A DNA stretch of 32,000 nucleotides, taken from the NCBI GenBank assembly GCA_028279805.1, contig JANQMZ010000007.1, positions 270,001 to 302,000 on the forward strand, in the 5' to 3' direction. The DNA is from an archaeon. Its GTDB lineage: Archaea > Iainarchaeota > Iainarchaeia > Iainarchaeales > JANQMZ01. Below, piece after piece: positions 27,601-32,000 of this stretch (within the stretch, counting starts at the first letter, position 1; every line of letters starts with the position of its first letter). Position numbers and translations under genes: made by a program. Under the pieces are notes generated by a model. That model did not search any database. It was not told where the DNA came from and saw only the letters and a program-made list of their open reading frames with translations.

Positions 27601-27750
27601 ATTCTGGTCAGACCATCTTACAATTGAACCTGGTCCAACCGGTGCTGTTGCAAGATTGGATTCAGAATCAATTAAAACAGCTGCAGAAGCAAATGCGGAA
27701 AAAAGAGTGAAAAAAATGAAAATTATGGCTATAATTATGTTTTTGTTCAT
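24619..27750 (-). CDS. Large secreted/surface protein: BNR-like N-terminus, Ig-like modules, CARDB-like domain, C-terminal TM helices
   Basis: Signal peptide; KLYISGDNGNSWTPAG; PLITFVSPTNGSS; CTEPKDLIANSFTAAPAGSIVNLLGVVFND...IVDSSDIIEESDETNNQLSETITI; Gly-rich linkers; two C-terminal hydrophobic helices and a basic tail. Confidence 0.85.
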   Translation of the reverse strand: MNKNIIIAIIFIFFTLFSAFASAAVLIDSESNLATAPVGPGSIVRWSDQNLAVVAKGNDNNTVKLYISGDNGNSWTPAGFDLNTTALPLDSVKIGTDDTFSKIFVFMALSHRTGDGNLLYREASTDSNIFDSTSWTAPINAYSIQGTSVRTDAGFDVNSDNAVVTIVHQFTGPLLSTQVNNFARLVACDLDLNCGVAGNWYSVQIDSNFNHGDPSFAFDINQDLHIMRNKRTTLVILPSVTVSDINYTVYDASGNYSYQGDTSFDVPSTIYGQIGVTIGKTGEIRGTFRDPVADFNTIFVQCDDGLSCSNASNWSIDANIFTSESRNPQTMFNIYRDGLLTDLNGDDFAVMGRCATSTCSASLQYPGYRKRHDANNHWTNFVSVDDNLASAGVPYTTMKRLNSFNRLDIIYHDSNAGTSGRLYYAKTTVGSLRPDVNVFAPEGQLLNGRNNTFTIDFNASDPDNEDLNVRIAYSSEFNSGAFTTNIVTNDNLTTPTDSNLSCTKASGDNTFACNYTWGYRGVTDGNYFIDINVFDATLLSGSESSNPSFMIDANVPLITFVSPTNGSSNLSSKTVIFDLNDSNSGINDANVTINTVASTSFSFPGSCTDNGNHYRCSYTESKIGNGSNTLRIDTNDAANNIATGSITFTFGPDEGGGGGGGPPTPTCSNAGGFICEPPKECSGSWLDASNTDYCCSVQCTEPKDLIANSFTAAPAGSIVNLLGVVFNDSSFDSGSFTTQIRRDSTTGPLIKSETFSLEPDEERNVVATDLPGDGTFTYYFIVDSSDIIEESDETNNQLSETITIGESDSNAGPPGSGGAGGGGAGGGGGGGGGSGAIVSEIFIKVQFETTWLNARQIVTVESQDGKPVVGSSVKTDFPSGKFKLFFTKEDGQVSFIVDELGVYNVKATRGDLTAEDKFIVVNVFEFFQGSVIEIAKVLFGETALDEIQLFLFLIIIELVLAFIAYRLSRNWFGKEIVSTTTERKRKLLRILFALILVVIPMIVSRFMGNTFIAIVVGIFEIALMLLVNYIIVKRRERIKAIQV
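25236..25325. repeat. Low-complexity Gly-codon tract in the surface protein gene
   Basis: Runs of ccgcc/ccacc/ctccg encoding GGAGGGGAGGGGGGGGGSG; a smaller related tract lies near 25768-25800 (EGGGGGGGPP). Confidence 0.85.
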
Positions 27751-27847
27751 TTTCTCCCCAAAGTTTGTTTTGTTAGAAAAAGGGGTTTATAGCTTAAAAG
27801 AATTATGTTTTGGTTAAAAATGGCTTATTTTAAAGCTGTTTAAAAAG

Positions 27848-29773
27848 CTAAAAACTGGTTAAATTTTTGTTTTTTGAAAAAATTTCTTTTTTTATTGTTT
27901 TAACAAAATTTTCAATTTTAACAGGTTTTGAAAGTTTTCCGTTCCTGTTGCGTATTGTAACTGTGTTTGATTTTTCTTCTTTGTCTCCGACTGTTAACAT
28001 GTAAGGAATTTTTTGCAGTTGTGCGTCACGAACTTTTTTTCCGATTGATTCAGAACGCAAATCCAAATCAGCACGAATTCCTTCATTTAACAATTGTTGT
28101 TTTGCTTTTTTTGCAAATTTTTCATTACGCGAATTAACATTTAAAATAATTGCTTGGATCGGAGCCAACCACGTTGGAAATGCTCCTGCATAATGTTCTG
28201 TTAAAATTCCAATAAATCTTTCTAAACTGCCGAATATGGCCCGATGAATCATTACAGGAACATGTTTTTTGTCATCCTCTCCGATGTAGTATGCACCCAA
28301 TTTTTCAGGCATTGACATGTCAACCTGAATTGTTGATAACTGCCATGGCCTGCCCAAAGAATCAATTACATGAAAATCAATTTTTGGGCCATAAAATGCT
28401 CCGTCCCCTTCATTTATTTTATAATCAAGTTTTGATTTTTTTAAAGCGTTTTCCAAAGCTTTTGTGGAAATGTTCCAGATTTTTTCAGAGCCCATTGCTT
28501 TTTCCGGTTTTGTGCTTAACTCAACTGTGTATTTTTCAAATCCGACTGCTTTGAAAATAAAATCAACCAATTCAATTAAATCTAATACCTCTGATTCAAT
28601 TTGTTCTGGTGTGCAAAAAATATGGGCGTCGTCCTGGGTAAATTTTCTGACACGAAAAGTTCCGTGTAATACTCCTGAACGTTCATGCCTGTGCACCAGG
28701 CCAAGCTCAGCAATTCTTAAAGGCAATTCCCTGTAAGAACGTCTTTTTGTGTTGTAATATAAAACGCATCCGGGGCAGTTCATTGGCTTGACTGCAAATT
28801 CTTCTTCATCCAGTTTGGTAAAATACATGTTTTCTTTATAATGATCCCAGTGGCCTGATTTAACCCATAATTCTTTGTTTAAAATTAAAGGTGTTCTGAT
28901 AAACTTGTAATCTCTTTTCAGTAATTCATCCACAATAAATCTTTGCAGTGATTCCCATAAACCAAAACCGTTCGGATGAATAAAAGGGAAGCCCGGAGCC
29001 TCTTTTTGAACTGAAAACAAGTCTAATTCTTTTCCCAGTTTTACATGGTCTCGTTTTTTTGCTTCTTCAATTTGGGTTAAATAATTTTGTAATTGTTTTT
29101 TTTCAGGAAAAGATATTCCGTAAATTCTTTGAAGCATTTTGTTTTTTTCATTTCCCCGCCAATAAGCTCCAGCAGTTTTTAATAATTTTAAAGCTTTAAT
29201 TCTTCCGGTACTCGGAACATGAGGGCCAGCACATAAATCTGTGAATTTTCCGTCAGAATAAATTGTTATTTTTTCTTTATCGGGCAATTCTTTAATTAAT
29301 TCAACTTTGTATTTGTTGTCTTTGAACATTTTTAATGCTTCTTTTTTGGTTAATTCTTTTCTTGAAAATTTTTCATCTTTTTTAATCAATTCAAGCATTT
29401 TTTTTTCAAATTTTTTTAAATCTTCAGGCGTAAAAGGTTTTGAAACGTCAAAATCGTAATAAAATCCGTCTTTAATGCTTGGCCCAATTGCAAGTTTTGC
29501 TTTTGGATAAAAAGATAGAACAGCTTCTGCTAAGACATGCGATGTGGAATGCCTTAAAACTTCTAATGCCTCAGTATCATTGTCTTTTAATAATTTTATT
29601 TTGCCGCTTTTTTCTATCGGCGTTAATAAATCCATTAGTTTGCCATCCAATTGCATTGCAACAACAGCTTTTGCCAATCCTTCGCTTATGGATTTGGCTA
29701 TTTCCATTCCTGTTGTTCCGTTTGAAAATTGTTTTTTTGACTTGTCAGGAAACTCTATTGTTATTTGGCTCAT
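27848..29773 (-). CDS. thrS: Threonine--tRNA ligase, bacterial-type architecture with N2 editing domain
   Basis: TGS N-terminus; HSTSHVLAEAVLSFYPKAKLAIGPSIKDGFYYDF; MNCPGCVLYY; RIAELGLVHRHERSGVLHGTFRVRKFTQDDAHIF. Confidence 0.98.
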   Translation of the reverse strand: MSQITIEFPDKSKKQFSNGTTGMEIAKSISEGLAKAVVAMQLDGKLMDLLTPIEKSGKIKLLKDNDTEALEVLRHSTSHVLAEAVLSFYPKAKLAIGPSIKDGFYYDFDVSKPFTPEDLKKFEKKMLELIKKDEKFSRKELTKKEALKMFKDNKYKVELIKELPDKEKITIYSDGKFTDLCAGPHVPSTGRIKALKLLKTAGAYWRGNEKNKMLQRIYGISFPEKKQLQNYLTQIEEAKKRDHVKLGKELDLFSVQKEAPGFPFIHPNGFGLWESLQRFIVDELLKRDYKFIRTPLILNKELWVKSGHWDHYKENMYFTKLDEEEFAVKPMNCPGCVLYYNTKRRSYRELPLRIAELGLVHRHERSGVLHGTFRVRKFTQDDAHIFCTPEQIESEVLDLIELVDFIFKAVGFEKYTVELSTKPEKAMGSEKIWNISTKALENALKKSKLDYKINEGDGAFYGPKIDFHVIDSLGRPWQLSTIQVDMSMPEKLGAYYIGEDDKKHVPVMIHRAIFGSLERFIGILTEHYAGAFPTWLAPIQAIILNVNSRNEKFAKKAKQQLLNEGIRADLDLRSESIGKKVRDAQLQKIPYMLTVGDKEEKSNTVTIRNRNGKLSKPVKIENFVKTIKKEIFSKNKNLTSF

Positions 29774-29858
29774 ATTCTAAACACAACGCAATAAATACTT
29801 AAAAAACATTGCAAAAACTTAAATTTGAGCTTTTTTATAATATTTAAAGTGGATTTAA

Positions 29859-30362
29859 ATGGATGCAGTCAGAGAAGAAATTGTGTGGAACGCATTTTTG
29901 AAAAAAGGCAGGTTTCCTGAAACACAGGAAGAAATTCTGGTTGTTTTTAAAAACATTTTACAGGGATTTGAAGGAAACAACAGGCTAATTCAAAACCATG
30001 ATGAAATGGATATTGTTGCAAGAGTACTTGAATCGGAATTAAAAAAATATGAAGAACAACAGGCTTTAAGAGATGACAAATTCAAAAAAGTTGTTCATGA
30101 ATCAATTGTGGAAGACATCAGAAGAATAACAAATCTTGTGAGTAAAAGTTTAACAAAAAAACCGGAACTTTTAAGCGCTTTCAAGCCCCATAAAACGGCA
30201 AAAAGATGGGTTGATGCCACTCACGGGACAGAAATTGTAGCAGGAAAAAAAGTTTTGGAAATTATTGGAAGAAAATGGGTGCCACTGCTTTTTGAAGTAA
30301 AACACGGAATAAAAACAGAAAAAAGCGAGAGAAGAACAAGAGTAAGGCATATGAGAAAATAA
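29859..30362 (+). CDS. Hypothetical protein, 167 aa, basic C-terminus
   Basis: Long ORF with an ATG start; helical and charged; no family recognised. Confidence 0.6.
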   Translation: MDAVREEIVWNAFLKKGRFPETQEEILVVFKNILQGFEGNNRLIQNHDEMDIVARVLESELKKYEEQQALRDDKFKKVVHESIVEDIRRITNLVSKSLTKKPELLSAFKPHKTAKRWVDATHGTEIVAGKKVLEIIGRKWVPLLFEVKHGIKTEKSERRTRVRHMRK

Positions 30363-30419
30363 TTTCTGCGGAAATCCACTCACAAAAGCTTATTACCCTG
30401 AAAAGATTATTGTAATCGG

Positions 30420-31601
30420 ATGGCTATTCCGGAAGAACTGAAAAAAAATTATTACAGGACAATTGCTGTTAAAAGAATTAAAAACAAAGAATTTGTTGGT
30501 TCCAGCCCGCCAAGTGTTTTTGTTTCACATTACGGTTATCCAAAAGTGGAAATCAGCCCTGTTTCTCCCACTGAACTGATTCACAATGCAGGAATTTATG
30601 ATACGCCTGAAGAATGGTTTGGCGTGCCGGAAGAAAAAATTTTAACAATGAGACATTCACTTGTTCACGCTGTTAAAAAAATTCAGATAAGTGAAGCAAA
30701 AAATCCTTCATATGAATTAACATCATTGCAGGAAATTGCAATGAGCAAAAACGCTGTTGATGTTGATGTAAAATTATTAAAAAATCCGACACCTGAAATC
30801 AGGTTTTCAGATGTACTGGCTCCAATCGGGCCGAAAGCTTTGCTGAAAAAATTTCAATTTGAAAAAAATCCAAAAATTTCAAAAAAAGTTGACTACATTT
30901 CGTCTGATACTGATTTGAAATCTTCCAATGCAATGCTTGAATTATATGATTCAGGCTTAAATGTTTCAAATATTTATAAAATTTTGTCAACCGGTGCTTT
31001 GGGAATTAAAAAAAACAGAAAACTTGTTCCGACAAGATGGTCAATTACAGCAACGGATGATACGTTAAGCAAAAATTTGGTTAATGAAAAAATAAAATTT
31101 TATTCACAAATAGATGAAATTCAGTTGTTTCAGAGTAATTATCTGGATAACAGGTTTTTTGTCATACTTTTTCCGGATGCATGGCAGTATGAAATGCTGG
31201 AATGCTGGCTTGCTTTTGATGCTGTTGACAAATCAAAACCGCCAAAAATAATTCAGGATTTTGAAGGTTATGGAGGCAGAAAAAATTATGCTTCAAATAT
31301 TACTGGAGCATATTATTCTGCAAGGCTCGGAGTAGCCGAATATCTGGAAGAACAAAAAAAACAGGCGGCTGTGCTTGTTTTGAGGGAAATTGGTTCTGAT
31401 TATAAAGTGCCGATGGGCGTCTGGCAAATCAGGGAAAATGTCAGGAATGCAATGCAGGAAAAACCAATGACTTTTTTTGACTCAAAATTGTTATGGAAAT
31501 TTTTATCACAAAAACTTGAAGTGAACATAAAGTATTATAAAAAACTTTCAAAAGTTGTTGATTCAATTGTAAATCAAAAAAAATTATCAGACTGGAATTA
31601 A
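30420..31601 (+). CDS. nreA: Nre family archaeal DNA repair protein
   Basis: GSSPPSVFVSHYGYPKVEISPVSP, WFGVPEEKILTMRHSLVHA, SNAMLELYDSGLNVSNIYKILSTGALGIKKNRKLVPTRWSITATDDTLSKNL. Confidence 0.9.
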   Translation: MAIPEELKKNYYRTIAVKRIKNKEFVGSSPPSVFVSHYGYPKVEISPVSPTELIHNAGIYDTPEEWFGVPEEKILTMRHSLVHAVKKIQISEAKNPSYELTSLQEIAMSKNAVDVDVKLLKNPTPEIRFSDVLAPIGPKALLKKFQFEKNPKISKKVDYISSDTDLKSSNAMLELYDSGLNVSNIYKILSTGALGIKKNRKLVPTRWSITATDDTLSKNLVNEKIKFYSQIDEIQLFQSNYLDNRFFVILFPDAWQYEMLECWLAFDAVDKSKPPKIIQDFEGYGGRKNYASNITGAYYSARLGVAEYLEEQKKQAAVLVLREIGSDYKVPMGVWQIRENVRNAMQEKPMTFFDSKLLWKFLSQKLEVNIKYYKKLSKVVDSIVNQKKLSDWN

Positions 31602-32000
31602 TTATTTCATAAATTGTGCCAGCAAAGCTTCAAGCTGAACTCTTTCATTTGCGCCCTCAACCAATCTGAAATTGTATTCTGCAACTGTGTCAATTAATTC
31701 AATTTTTTTCTTATTATTCAAAACTTTTTCATCAAAATCAAGCAACTCACGATATAACTGAATTAACACATCTTCGCCGCCCATTCCATATTCGTACATT
31801 AGTTTGTCTAACAGGTTTCGGGCTTCAATAAACTTTGATTTTAAAGCAAGAGAAATCATTTCCTTTATTTCTTCAGGGCGGGCCTGAGAAGAAACACTGT
31901 AAACATTTTTTTCCGAGATTTTCTGGGAAACAAAAGCAGAGCCCTGTAAAATGTTTATTGCTTTTCTCAAATCTCCCTGTGCAACATAAATAATTGCATC
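31602..32000 (-). CDS. rfcS: Replication factor C small subunit, C-terminal part, 5' end cut off by the window edge
   Basis: The open frame reads in from nt 32000 as DAIIYVAQGDLRKAINILQG; then ISLALKSKFIEARNLLDKLMYEYGMGGEDVLIQLYREL. Confidence 0.92.
   Translation of the reverse strand, partial: DAIIYVAQGDLRKAINILQGSAFVSQKISEKNVYSVSSQARPEEIKEMISLALKSKFIEARNLLDKLMYEYGMGGEDVLIQLYRELLDFDEKVLNNKKKIELIDTVAEYNFRLVEGANERVQLEALLAQFMK

Noticed and set aside
29479-29802. Plus-strand 107-aa and 78-aa ORFs over the start of thrS
   Set aside because: Antisense to the conserved N-terminal region of ThrRS.

Overview
The window is AT-rich, gene-dense and looks archaeal, possibly a small-genome DPANN-like lineage. 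The lineage is inferred from gene content only (small RFC subunit, diphthine synthase, Trm5-like methyltransferase, Nre repair protein, DUF63). Both ends cut through genes: hppA runs off the left edge and rfcS off the right. Most of the window is ordinary core metabolism and information processing: SDR-type threonine dehydrogenase plus kbl, ScpA/ScpB, Nth, MATE, KaiC/RadA-like ATPase, AhcY, a COG2187-like and COG0645-like gene pair, Adk, Trm5, Dph5, ThrS, Nre. I saw no CRISPR array, transposase, tRNA or rRNA. The most interesting regions are: (1) a two-gene secreted module with a lipoprotein and a caspase-like/C13-like protease carrying Cys-rich CGNG repeats (14.0-15.5 kb); (2) a redox/Fe-S block with two DUF1858-like domains, one fused to an IscA/ErpA domain (5.2-8.4 kb); (3) three small tandem orphan genes that look like diverged paralogs (8.4-9.8 kb), followed by a second orphan cluster (12.3-14.0 kb) whose divergent promoter holds a 16-bp direct repeat; (4) an HTH regulator with a C-terminal DUF4430/transcobalamin-like domain; (5) a large multi-domain surface protein with Gly-rich hinges. 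I found nothing I can firmly call a new defence or mobile system.
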